DNA from: Octopus bimaculoides | Lineage: Eukaryota | Assembly: GCF_001194135.2 (NCBI RefSeq) | Contig: NC_068981.1 | Coordinates: forward strand, 162,670,790 to 162,734,789 | Length of the DNA stretch: 64,000 nucleotides | Direction: 5' to 3' | Part shown: in pieces, positions 51,576 through 64,000 of the stretch | How the letters are laid out: each line of letters begins with the position of its first letter | How positions within the stretch are numbered: the stretch's first letter is position 1 | Notes under the pieces: model-generated | Seen by the model: the letters and a program-made list of their open reading frames with translations, nothing else | Told to the model about the DNA's origin: nothing | The model's database searches: none | Translations under genes and position numbers: made by a program

Positions 51576-52360
51576 CTAGCATTTTGTGTTTTATATCAGA
51601 TGTTTTCAACTGTTACAGTTCAATGTATATAGAAAATTTATGTGTGTATGTGCGGCCAGGAATACATTGGTGAGTGTACCTTCCTTTTTTTAGGACAACT
51701 GTATATATAGTGTGAATTAACTTAGATTTGGCTACTATTTCCAGCAGCACTTCATAAAAACATTCTAGTTTGTTCATAAACTAATTTGAGTGAAATATTC
51801 CTCGTGAGCATGTGAATTAAAGCAGTGTAAGATTATGCATGCTGCATAGAAATTTTATAAAATCACTGCTGCAGCAAAACATGTTAGATATCGAACTACT
51901 CAAACTGTGCCACTTTTAGTAACTGTGTTACTTTTAGAAATACAAATACCATTAAATGCATTTATTTCATAGTAATAATAATAACCCTTTTGTCGGACAT
52001 CTGTCATGCTGTTTACATGGAATCACAACAATACCATTGTTGCTCTCTCCAGAAAATTCATAGATTCTCTCCTGGAAATTGATTTCTGCATGTTATTCTG
52101 TTTATATATATAAACAATGAATTGTCTTGGTAGAAAAGGATGCGTCATATTTGGTTATATGTAATACATAGTTTGAATCTCCATGTGGTATAAACCTAGT
52201 TTTTGCTGTAAAACTGTTTCTAACATTTTCTTGAGAATTAATTATTTCTGCTGTTTACAAAAGAGAAATGCAATAAAAATCAATTTTTAAGTTTTATTGC
52301 AAATAATGGAGTATAATGAAAAATGTGACATGGTAATGATCTTTACCTGTTTGGAATTTG

Positions 52361-52404
<44 letters not shown>

Positions 52405-52825
52405 ACACACACACACATACATACATACATACATAAAACAACATAATCGAGATAGATGAGACTGGCTTTATCTATGCACAAGATCAGATATTTATAGAAG
52501 GAAATGAAACTGTGTTACATTAATGCCCATTTTCATGAGCATTTGTGGTAAATCAAATTGAGATTTGAAACTAGCTCTACTATAGACACTTGTAATTACA
52601 AGCTGTTAACCCTTTGCCTTCCCTAGATATCATGTGATATGCAGGACATGTTTTCCTGGTATCCATGTGCCAAGTATGACACGCATTCCCAATTTTTTTT
52701 CAGCCACCAGAGTGGCTTGGGGATTATAAAAGGAAAGGTTTCTCTTACTTTGAGGCCTTGAAACAAGGGCTAACTAGAATTCTGAAAACAAGCATGGACA
52801 TTTAGGTCAGACTTGTGAAAATGAA

Positions 52826-52980
52826 TTAACCCTTTAGCATTCAGATTACTCCTTCAAATGTAATGATGATGCATTATCTTGTAGGTGTGACATTTTCAAA
52901 ATGTGATTGCTTAGTTTTAGATATTGTAGGATAGAGAATTGAGAAGCCAGATATAGCTGGTTTTAATACTAAAGGGTTAA
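52826..52980. mobile_element. piggyBac-like MITE, internally deleted
   Basis: ttaaccctttagcatt ... aatactaaagggttaa. Confidence 0.75.
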
Positions 52981-53405
52981 TGTGATTAGTTGCTCTGTTA
53001 GAAATAATAGCCAAATCTTTCAAGCCACACTCTACTATATTTAAAAAGGAAAGACATATTGGAAAATGTATTTCTAGGTAACCCTAAAAACATGCTTTTG
53101 GTCAAAGTTTTGCTCCATCAGACCTGAGCTGAGCATAAACAACAGTTCATCTTTTTACTGGTTTGATACTTATTTTGTTGACCCCAGAAAAATGAAAGGC
53201 TAAGTGAATGAAATTAAAACACAGAGAGTAAAAGGCTATAACTAAATTCCCAAAAAATCTTTTTTATTCACTGTTCAAACAATCTGCTATCATGATTATA
53301 TGATAAGAAAGATGTGCATGTTTTTCTTCAAGAAATTACATATTTCAGTGTCAGTAGTGGAAATTCATATTCTTTTCTTTTACTGGTTTCACCCATTGTC
53401 TAGTG

Positions 53406-53451
<46 letters not shown>

Positions 53452-54698
53452 GCGATGAAAACTCTCTTCTTTATTATGTCTTGTAAAAAAAGGGTTCTGT
53501 CTTCAGTGTAAATGCATCAGTGAGCTTTTCTTTCCATGTTATTAGTTAAGAATTACTGGTTAAAATAACGAAATAATGAACTCTGGTGATGATGTTGCTG
53601 TATAAAGTTGATATCACAAATACTCAAAAAATAGGCATAGATATGTATATAATCACTGTGACCTGGCATTGTGTTTGCATTTAAAAACTTTTTTTTTTTT
53701 TTTTAATGGCTTACAAGGATGCACTGCATCTCATTTTGGATATTTTCCCAATTAGTTGTGGGGAAATTGTGGAAGAAATCATTACTCATGGGCTGCTGTA
53801 GTAGGAAGTGTTACGTCAGTATAATGAACTATGCTGAGGCTGGAGAGACCTGGCCTCAAAGCTTGTGCTGAAGAGTGTTAAAGGCATCCACAGGTCTTTC
53901 ACTTATAAGTATTTACAATTTGACAGGCTTTCTCAGTTTTTTTTTTCTTTTACATGAAGATACTGGCTTAAGGTGCCACTCTGTTGGATCAGACTAGAAC
54001 CACATGATAGTTTTTATCTATTCATTGACTGCAACCATGCTAGGACAATGCCTTGGAGTGTTTGGTCAAACAAATTGACCCCAGTATTTATTCTTTGGGG
54101 GCTTATTCTATCAGTCTCTTCTTGCCAAACTACCGATTTATGGAAACATAAACAGCCAACACTGGTTGTCAAGTGGTGGTAGGAGACAAACACACACATA
54201 CACGACAGGCTTCCACACAGTTTCCATCTACCAAATTTATTCACAAGGTATTGGTTGGCCCTGCACTTAGCCATGTCTGCAGTAGATGTGTTACTTTTTT
54301 TTCTCTCATTTTTTTCTTATTTTTATTCCTGTATAAAGATTAATGAAAATGAAATATATACATATTCCACGTTATAAAGAATATCTATTTTCTTCAGAAC
54401 TGTTTTATTATTACATGATGCCTTTTATTTTGCTCTTAATTAATTTTCCATTTCATATCAAACTTTCTCATGTATTAATTGTGTAATCATGTAATATGCT
54501 GTGTTTTTGTATGCATGTCTGTATGCATCTGTGCATGTATGTGCACATATCATGTGTAAATAAGACATTTCTCATGCCATGTTATATTTAAAGTAAGTCT
54601 AGAAACATTTTTTTTTTAAATTCTATACTGAATACTTATTTTTCTTTAAAACTTTTTTAAACTTTTTTTTTTTCCATTTTATTAAAATTTTCATTCAG

Positions 54699-54743
54699 GT
54701 GGGTTTTTGAGACCATCCCCTGTCCGGTTAGGCAAAAAGCCAG
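54699..54743 (+). CDS. Best candidate exon (45 nt, phase 1 to 1, GGFLRPSPVRLGKKP)
   Basis: GC-rich island in very T-rich flanks; ttttcattcag acceptor, cag|gtaggg donor; frame preserving; protein unrecognised. Confidence 0.45.
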
Positions 54744-55003
54744 GTAGGGCTTCTCTATTAATATATCCTCTAGATATTTTCTGCCTCATATACTTTTGTT
54801 GTTTTTTTTTTCTTTCTTTTTTTTTTATTTACTTACATTATTTTGGTTTTATACATACATGTTTGTTGTGTTTTTGTTTTTTTTTTACATTTTTATATTA
54901 TATAAAGTATGTATAAATATACATTGAATATATATATATAGTGTAATGTTCTGTTTATTGGTGTTATCGATAAAGAAGTACTGCATCCAGCAATAGATGA
55001 ATA

Positions 55004-55681
55004 TTTAATATACACATAATTTAAAATTGAGCTACTGTAAGTTCCATGCTTATAGTACTGAAGTTGGGTGAGTTTGTATAGCATGTCATATGCTATTGGG
55101 CAATCTGTCAGGCTCGAAATACAACATGGCTGCTCTCTGAGAAAACGTGAGAAAGAATGAAAGAAAAAGGCACATGACAAAAAGAGACTAAAAATATGCA
55201 CAATGAAGGGTGTCCCCTTGGTTTATTAAGGTGGGAATCAATGATGGTTAAAGTAATTAATTCAACAGAGAATGGTTAAAGTTTGTCAGATTGTATGCTT
55301 GATCTGGAAACTCCAATCACCTACTGAATTCCAGGTATGAAATTTTTACTAAATGCAAGCATCTGGATAACTTTCTACTATTGAACTGGAGAATACCTCC
55401 CTCTCCAGATTAAGCATACTGTCATTCTCTGTTGAATGAACCACTCTAACTATTGTTGGTTCCCACTTTAATACATCATGGGAATGCAACTCTTCCTTCA
55501 GTACTTTTTCTTTATCCTCTTTTGTTATGTGTTTGTTTCTCTCAGAGAGCAACCATGTTGTATCTTGAGTCTAAAAGAATGCCCACTTGTACATGGCATT
55601 TAATACAAGGTCACTCAGCTATAGTACTATTGTTAGCATGAAACTTATAGTATCTTAATTTTAAATCCTGTGTACATTAAA
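55004..55681. repeat. Old, diverged long inverted repeat (arms about 55004-55308 and 55404-55681)
   Basis: Examples: aaatacaacatggctgctctctgaga versus tctcagagagcaaccatgttgtatct; attcaacagagaatg versus cattctctgttgaat; roughly 70-75% identity. Confidence 0.8.
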
Positions 55682-56432
55682 GATTATATATAATATATAA
55701 TGGAAATGTGATTAGAGGAATTACTCAGTGGTCAGTGGCATGAATTTAGACTGCAAAGATGAAGAAGCATATGTTAATTATTGTACAAAATAAATTCTTG
55801 TTTTCATGGAACGATCTTCACTTTAAGAGCAAGGGAGACAAACTAACAAACTCTTAGTAGTGATTGCTACCAGTTCCAAATGAAATGGAGTGATCAAAAG
55901 GAATTAAGAATTCTTTTAACTAAATTAATATGCCATTAAGTAATAAGTAAAAGTTAATTTTATTTTTATGGAGACAAGACAACAGCTGTGAATATGTGTT
56001 TCTGCCCAGAACAGCATTTTCAGAACAGCTTTGTTTACCTTGTTTTCATCCAGACATAAGACTTAGACATAAAAAAATTATTTAAGAACATATACACATA
56101 TATGGTAAATGTATGAGCCAAATACTGAGGACTCTAAGCAATTGATATTCCTCCCTTGTAATTTGTGGCCTTGTGATTATTATTCTATTGTTTATTTTAT
56201 ATTTTACGTTAAATTATTTTTTTTTGTATTATCCTTTCCTTCTGAAATGAAATTTTTTTTTTTAAAGATTATTTTCAAATTTCTATATATATGTATATAT
56301 TTCTATGTTTCTAAGTTATCTTATTGCAATTGCTAGGATAGGATTGTTTCTTTAAAAGGGGGTCAGGCTTAACATTCTTCTTTCTTTGATTGGCTCTACT
56401 TCACTATCCTCACAAATAGCATCAATAACAGC

Positions 56433-57370
56433 AATAATAATAATAATAATAATAATGGTTTCAAATTTTGCCACAAGGGCAGCACTTTTGGGGGAGGGGA
56501 TGAGTCAATTACATCAACCCCAGTGTTTAACTGGTACTTATTTTATTGACCCTGAAAGGATGAAAGGTAAAGTTGACCTCAGCAGAATTTGAAATACCAC
56601 TAAGCATTTTGTCCAGTGCATTAACAATTCTGTCAGCTCACTGCCTTAATAAATTTGGAGGAGGAGGCTTGTTGATTACGTTGACCTTGGTGGAACATAA
56701 AGTCAGACAAAATACAGAATAATAAATAATAGTAGTAGTAATAATAATCATGATAAAGGTTTCAAATTTTAACACAAGGACAGCAGCTTAGTAAGAGTGT
56801 GTAAGTTGATAACATTGACTCCAGTGCTTGACTGGGACTTATTTTATCAATATCAGGAGTATGAAAAGCAAAGTCGACCCTGGCAGAATTTGAACATAAA
56901 GAGCCAGAAGAAATGCTGCTAAGCATTTTCATTTGCTGTGCTAACAATTCTGCCAACTCACTGCCTAATAATAATCTTTTCTACTATAGGCACACAGCCT
57001 GAAATTTTGGGAGCTGCTGGTTAGTTGATTATATTGACCCTGAAAGGGTGAAAACCAAAGTCGACCTTCACGGAATTTGAACAAAGACTAAAGCTGGGAG
57101 AAATACCACAAAGAATTTTGTCTTGTGTTCCAATAATTCTGCCAATTAGTTGCTTTAATAATAATGATAATGCTTTCAAATTTTGGCACAAGGCTATCAG
57201 TTTTGAGAAAGGGATAGGTTGACTCCAGTGTTCAGCTGGTACTTATTTTATTAACTTTGAATGGATGAAAGGCAAAGTTGGCCTCAGCAGAATTTGAACT
57301 CGGAACATAAATGCCGCTAAGCATTTTGCCTGGTGTGCTAATGATTCTGCCCGCTTGCTGCCACACTAAT
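56433..57370 (-). mobile_element. Tandem cluster of four Meta-domain SINEs plus one partial copy, separated by (AAT)n
   Basis: Copies at about 56457-56648, 56758-56968, 56975-57155 and 57172-57366, all in the same orientation. Confidence 0.85.
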
Positions 57371-58377
57371 AATAATGATAATGTCTTTCTATTTTTCTAA
57401 GTCTGTTTCTCTAACAATAACCACAATAAGTAAATAAATAGATAAAGCAGTAAAGATTATTTTAAAATCTTTCTTCCTCAAGAATTCCATAGGTTCTGTT
57501 GTACAAACACAATACACTTTATCTGTTAGCTTTGTATGCCTCCACTGGCTGTGTAAACTCTCTTTGATTATCCTGTGAGGAGACACACAGTTGGGTTTTG
57601 CAGTAGGTAGAGACATTTGATTGTATTTTTCAATTTCTGGTTCTTTCTTTATATCATATATTACTGATTGACCTTATTACTGAGTGAAAAGAAATTTCTT
57701 TACACTACTGAAGTGAAAAAAAAATTCTATACATTGCTGTAGAGAAGATTGGAGATAAAAAAATAATAAGGCTATTGGAGCATTGAATCATTACAAAATA
57801 TTTACTTGTCTTCTGGTTTGTCTGGCACTTGTGCTGACAACTTTTTTGTCTACACTGAAGTTTTTGTTTTAGAACTTCTTATGGAAGGGTCAATTTTTTT
57901 TTGTTTTTTAATAACTGCTGCTTTCATAAGGAGAAATAGATAGAAGTGTTGGGTATGACTCATTCTGCAATTTAATTCACAGCTTTATTTCACTGCTTAT
58001 AATAACATTTGTGAAATGAAATAAGTTTCATGTGCTGTGAAAGAGAAATGAGGTGTGATGTTTGTGATGGACAAGACCTTTCTTTGTAGAAATGAATGCT
58101 GTTGGCAGAAGAGAACCACATATAAACAGTGTGACTGATGACCAACACATACTGATGCACACAAACATGAACATATGCACATGCATCATCATCATTTAAC
58201 ATGTATCTTCCATACTGGCATAGTTTGCTTGGTTTGACAGAAGTTAGCAAACTGGAGAGCTGCACCAGGCTCCATTGTCTGCTTTGGCATGGTTTCTACA
58301 GCTAGATGCCTTTTTTTAACACAAACCCCTTTATGGAGTGTACTTGGTGCTGTCACTAGTACTGGTGCTTTTTATGT

Positions 58378-58413
<36 letters not shown>

Positions 58414-58515
58414 NNNNNNNNNNNNNNNNNNNNNNNNNNNNNNNNNNNNNNNNNNNNNNNNNNNNNNNNNNNNNNNNNNNNNNNNNNNNNNNNNNNNNNN
58501 NNNNNNNNNNNNNNN

Positions 58516-58568
<53 letters not shown>

Positions 58569-58569
58569 T

Positions 58570-58900
58570 AAGACCCCCTTCAGTCATGAATGATTATGGG
58601 ATTGCACCTAGAAAGTTATCCTGCAATCCACAAGTCTGGGCAGAGTTGTTTATGGAAGACCAGCAGTCGTCTATGCATACCACCCTTTCCTCTCCATGCT
58701 ACCGATGCTATCCAAGGGAAAAGCAAAGGCCAATACAGCTTGGCGCCAGTGATGTCGCAAATCATTGTTACAGCTGAGTGGACTGGAGCAACGTGAAATA
58801 AAGTGTCTTGCTCAAGAACACAACACACAGCCTGGTCTGGGAATTGAACTCACTACTACCTCATGATTGTGAGCCTGATGCTCTAATCACTGAGCCATGC
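58570..58900 (-). mobile_element. CORE-type SINE family C, full length
   Basis: gagcaacgtgaaataaagtgtcttgctcaagaacac core; tRNA-like head at the right end. Confidence 0.8.
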
Positions 58901-60079
58901 ACATGTATGCATATGGTTCAAAATGTACCAAAAACAGAAAGCAGACAGGCTTCATTTAGGTCTCTTCTGATTCTAAGTCTCAGTTTAATGCCCTCCCTCA
59001 CTCTCTCCTTATTATTCTCTTATCTGCCATTAACCTCCTCTCTTATATCAAGGCATCTCCTTACTACTACTCTCTTTCTATGTCCCACTCCCTATCATCA
59101 TTTAACATTCATTGTCCATGCTGGCATGGGTTGGACATGTTACGCAATTTCTAGTGAATCTCTTTACCAACAGTAATCAAATGGATATGTTGATAGAGCC
59201 CTTACAGTGTCAGATAGAATAATCGTAGTATTTCTTCTGGCTCTGTCCCCACTGTTCAAATGCAACCAAAGTCAGCTTTATCTTTCTCTCACTGTCACTC
59301 ACTCTCCCTCCCTCCCTCTGTCTCTTTCTCTCTCTCACACACACGCACACACTATTTCACTTTGATTCTCTTCCATCATTCTTTCTTCTGTCATCCCAAA
59401 GATCTGATCCTCTTTCATCTCTCTTCGACCTGCTGGGAATGAAATAACCTTCTGAAGCTGTTAAACGGAGACATTGTAGTTAGATTGACAGTAATACTAT
59501 CTTTCTAGTGTTGGTCATAAGATACATTCAGTGAATTCTGTAAAGTGATTGGTGAATGAACAAACACAGCATAAGATAAAAAACTCTTTACACTTCTGAA
59601 AGACATGACTGCTTCTGGAGTGCTCATGGCACGATAAAATAAGCTCTAAAAAAAATCATTGACAGGAAGAAGAGTATCCAGCTGTTTTAAACATGACAAA
59701 ATTGGAATATATAAACAGTTGTGGTCCTACTGCTGGAAAAGTGAATGATAAGGCAGCCTATATAGTGGCAGTCAATTAATCCTCAGTAACTTCTCTTTGT
59801 ATCATCTTCAGTTAGTTTTGCTCTGTACACAAGTGTCTTTTATGAAACACTTACTGTTGTGATTCTGGCAGAAGGAGTTAAGTGTTTCTATTTCTGTGAA
59901 CTTGGTTGTGATTAGATTAAATTTGTGTATTTCAGGTTTAGAATAGGTACATCATATCCCTGTATGTTGTAAGAGCAACTAAAAGAGGCTGACAAGAAGG
60001 GTATCCAGCTATAAAACACTGCCTCGGAAAAAAAATTTCAATTTTTGCCATCATAGAAAAGCGCATGTAAAATGTTGAG

Positions 60080-60400
60080 TTTAAATTTTTGTGTTGTGAT
60101 ATTATTTAAGCAACAGCAGCTAAGAGCTTATGGTATTTGTGTGTTATAAGAAAATGCTTCTTATCAAAGACAGGAAATTGCTAGCTTCTTTGTTCAGGCT
60201 AGGAAGCTGATGGTTGTGGTGGTTAAAAACCAGATGGCATCCTCATCCAATTTTTACTGATTTGTAGAGCATTTATCTGCATTTTGCTTGGAGCTGTTTC
60301 TTGCTAATGCATCTTTGTAATAAGGTGAAATCTGATTGAATTTCATCTTATTACCTGTGAAAGGGCAAGGTGAGGAGAGGCTGGTTTGGTTTCTATCAAT
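60080..60400 (-). pseudogene. Penelope-like element RT thumb-region remnant
   Basis: FNQISPYYKDALARN..IWF..FDKKHFLITHKYHKLL on the minus strand. Confidence 0.65.
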
Positions 60401-61242
60401 TATGCAAACTATATCTTCATTTAGATTTCTATATATGTAGAGCTTGTTTAGTCAGAGATATGCTATTTTAAAATTCCTTAAATATGCTTATTATATCTTC
60501 TCCAAACATATCCATGCTGTTGCTATTCAAGTCATGTGAATGCTAGTCCTTTGTTCCTATATAATCCTATGCAGGGAGAAGTTTAGATACCATTAAAAGG
60601 ATGAAACACGACTAACTTGTACTTTTCAGCGTCATCAAAGCTACTTATGGAGACACCAAAACATCTGCTCTTTCTTTCTTGAACAAGGCATCATCATAAA
60701 ATTAAAGCTACTTTACTGGACATTGTTGTAATGCAGATGTCAATTTCATTAATAGTAGTAAATATTTTCCTGAATTCTATGTGTAATTATCTATTTGTAT
60801 TTATTCATCCGAAGTTCATGATTGAGATCCAGTGATATAGGTGACAAAAAAGATGAATCATCTTTGCATGTCCTAAAAGATCTTATATAACAAGAAACTC
60901 TGTTATGAAGGAAAGAACCAACAACTTCATATGAATAAATAAACTCTTCATGTATTGGGACCAGCAAATGCTTGTGTCACCACCATCATCATCATTATTT
61001 TGTATTTCATTTTTTCTTTGGTAATATGGGTTAAATGGGACATTTGGTTGCAGTGTTTTATGCCCAGATACTATTCAATCACCTCTTATGGGTTCATCAC
61101 ACACTTGCACACACAGATATCCAATGGTTTCATCTGGAGGAAGAGCTGTGTTCATAAAGCCTCAGTAGGCTCTGAGACCAGTGTATCCACATAGTTTCTG
61201 TTCTCCTGGAGAAATGACAGAGAAAACATCAACAGTATAGAT

Positions 61243-61571
61243 CAGGGATTCTAACCATTTTTTATCTGTGGACCCCTTTGATTACTATTTTATTCTGGTA
61301 GACCCCATAGCCATTTTATATTTAAAAACTACTTATATAAAAACTTCTTTCAAAATTCCTATTTTGTTTTTCACACATTAAACTTATGTTGGTTGAACTA
61401 TGTAAAACATTAGAGAAAGAAACCTAACTGTTTCTTGCAATACACACCGATACACACATTTAAAGCAAAATTTTTTCGGGAGCCCTTAAAATACTAATGT
61501 GGATCCCTAATTTTCTATTTCGTTGCATGGACCCCCAAAAATTTTATATGGACTCCAGTTGAGAACCTCTG
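61243..61571. mobile_element. hAT-like MITE with degenerate 8-bp TSD
   Basis: cagggattctaacc ... gttgagaacctctg termini; flanks gtatagat and gtgtagct (6/8, central TA). Confidence 0.75.
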
Positions 61572-62169
61572 GTGTAGCTAGTTAAGATTGCGATAATGAT
61601 GAACTGGATGAAGTTAGTTTTTGAGTGAGGGAATGTGGTTTTGAATGGCCTAGTTGGAGGTGGTATGAGACCAAATAATTTTTTTTATGGGTGTGTGCAC
61701 ATAGATTTACGCACATTTGTGTGTCTTTATATTTCTGTATTTAGACGTATGAATGATATACAACATTATAAGTAGCAGTTATTTGGTTTTCCATACAGCA
61801 GCTGGAGGGGTTCCACTAGCACAGCATATCACTACTTCCTGTAGTTCTTCGTCATCTTTGTGATGTTTCACCTCCAGAGATCAGCTCTCACCATTTTTTC
61901 CCATCTCTAGTTTCATTTTAATGCTCCGTAGTTGTGTGTGTGTGTGTGTGTGTATTTGTTGTTTTATGTCAAAAGTTAGCTGTAAAACAGTGATTGTACC
62001 AGAGTCAATATAACTAACTAAATGCTCTTGAAGTTGGCATCTCAGTTTGTTTGCAGTCCAGTGTCTGAAAGTATTCAAAGATTATATGTGTAAAAAGAAT
62101 GTATATGTGGAGATATGTAAGTAATTATATTGCAAGGAACAGTTCAGTTTCTTTCTCTAAGATTTTACA

Positions 62170-62329
62170 TAGTTCAACCTACACAAGTTAACGAGTGAAA
62201 AACAGAATAGAAATTTTGAAAAAAAGTATCTATAAAACTAGTTTTTAAGCATTGAATGGCTATGGGGGTCCACCAGAATAAAATAGTAATTAAAGGGGGT
62301 CCATAGATAAAAATGGTTGAGAACCCTTG
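62170..62329. mobile_element. Partial inverted copy of the same hAT-like MITE (another fragment near 30240-30320)
   Basis: Reverse complement of 61243-61400. Confidence 0.75.
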
Positions 62330-63132
62330 CTTAGCCTTGCAAGTTACAAAGCAAGCATCACTAGTGCTGGTGAAGTGGTTGACATTAGAAAGGGCATCTG
62401 ACCATAGAAATTGGTACATAACATAGTCTTTGGATGTTAAATGATGATGTTGATGACAACAAGGATATACACAAACATTCTTGAATGTAAAATTTATGCA
62501 AGTTTTCTTTTTCATACTAGCTGCAAAGCTGCCCAAAGGGCGGCATTCATTTTAGTTCCACTATTGGGCCACTTTGTGGCCCTCTGCCCTTGTGTAACTC
62601 GATTTGAATGTACATGAAGGTATTTCAAATGCCCAAACTTATTTCTACAAATATGCTAAGCACTGATGCTGATCATAGCTTAATCAATATGTGTAGGAGC
62701 AAGGTGGGGTCAGTGGGGCCCCATTTAAGCAGCCCTTCAGAAATTGAACCTCCTTACGATACTCCCTGGGAGTTCATAGTATGAAATTCATTGTCATTGC
62801 TCTGATTTGGTTGCCATTGCCATGTATTTAGTTTAAAATGCAGTAAAAGTAGGGGTGGTTGGTGGGGCTGGTATTAGGTGGCCTTTAAAAAAGTAGACCC
62901 CTCAGGACATTCCCTGGGATTAGGAGAGTTGCTGGTTTGAGTTTCATTGTCCTTGGACCAACAATCTAGGAGGAGTTAACGACAATAAAAATGTAACAGA
63001 TGGAGAAATATCACTCAAATTTATAATAGGATGTGTAATGATTTCTGTATAAATTGTCTGGTATTTTCTTTATTATATCCAATGTATTTTGAGTATTATT
63101 TCTTAATACATAAATCTGTCTCCTGATTTCAG

Positions 63133-63153
63133 CAATTGTAACAAAGAGAAGCT
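63133..63153 (+). CDS. Candidate 21-nt microexon (x-IVTKRS), with an in-frame second donor giving 57 nt (end 63189)
   Basis: tctgtctcctgatttcag acceptor; two ct|gtaagt donors 36 nt apart, both phase 1 to 1. Confidence 0.25.
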
Positions 63154-63419
63154 GTAAGTCAGCCTCTATACAGCAAGAGAATACAAACTGTAAGTGCTTA
63201 TGTTCTATATAGTGTATATGCACGCACACATACTTACACACACGCACAATACTATATACAGTTATGCAATATTATATACAATTAACCCTCTGTTTTTTCT
63301 CCATAAAAATTTAATGGATTTTGGATTTCATAAACTGAAAAATATTAATAATAATAATAATAATAATCATAATGATGATGATGACGATGACAACGACGAC
63401 CACAATTATAAGCACAAAG

Positions 63420-64000
63420 CTTAAAATTTAGAAAGAGGGGATAAATCGATTACATTGACCCCAGTGTTTCACTGGTATTTAATTTATCGACCCTGAAAGG
63501 ATGAAAGGCACAGTCAACCTCGGCGGAATTTGAACTCAAAACATAGTGACAGGCGAAATACTGCTAAGCATTTCATCTAATGTGCTAACGATTCTGCCAG
63601 CTCACCACCTTAATGATGATGATGATGATAATAATAATAATAATAATGTACCAAGAAAAAGAAGGGGAAGAGGACTTATTGGATGCGAACACAGTGTTAG
63701 AGCAGTAAAAAACAGTAGTGAACAGCTGACTCCAGCATTAGAAGCTGTGCAAAGGCAATGATGATGATGATAATAATAATAATAATAATAATAATCCTTT
63801 CTGCTATAGGCACAAGGCCTGAAATTTGGGGAGAGGGGTTAAGTTGATTACATCCACCCCAATACTCAACTGGTACTTAATTTATTGACCTCAAAAGGAT
63901 GAAAAGCAAAGTCAACCTCGGCAGAATGTAAAGACAGGTGAAATACTGCTAAGCATTTTGCCCAGCATGCTAACGATTCTGCCACTCGCCGCCTTAATAA
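63420..64000 (-). mobile_element. Two Meta-domain SINEs (about 63420-63612 and 63797-64000) separated by (GAT)n/(AAT)n
   Basis: ttatcgaccctgaaaggatgaaaggca..cctcggcggaatttgaactc. Confidence 0.85.
63648..63758 (+). mobile_element. Small internal R4/Dong-like RT thumb fragment
   Basis: VPRKRRGRGLIGCEHSVRA resembles the LY.PR..GGRGL motif of RLE LINEs. Confidence 0.55.

Noticed and set aside
56054-56104. 51-nt segment with good acceptor and donor
   Set aside because: Stops occur in all three frames.
56433-57370. Regularly spaced repeats as a CRISPR-like array or satellite
   Set aside because: The units are diverged SINE copies of about 200 bp with no unique spacers, and the context is eukaryotic.
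60111-60132. 22-nt exon candidate (QQQLRAY)
   Set aside because: It lies inside the antisense of a Penelope RT remnant.

Overview
AT-rich, repeat-saturated eukaryotic DNA with six assembly gaps. The repeat families (tRNA-headed SINEs with an internal TA/TG microsatellite, Meta-domain SINEs, RTE LINE tails ending in (GAT)n) point to a coleoid cephalopod, most likely Octopus; this is inferred from family recognition, not a database search. No gene can be named with confidence. The window looks like a large intron or intergenic DNA, with a few plus-strand short-exon candidates (best: 54699-54743). Supported content: decayed RTE, CR1-like, R4/Dong and Penelope-like retroelements, two mariner remnants, a rearranged Tc1 (DD34E, IR/DR-type end), a Helitron-like non-autonomous element, piggyBac-like and hAT-like MITEs, dozens of SINE copies and many microsatellites. 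Most interesting: a nearly complete type I hammerhead ribozyme on the minus strand (27498-27569), several long palindromes (12570-13185, 30463-30853, 36066-36476, 50254-50781, 55004-55681), and SINE/LINE insertions concentrated in (AAT)n tracts. Repeat coordinates are approximate and identities come from manual alignment.
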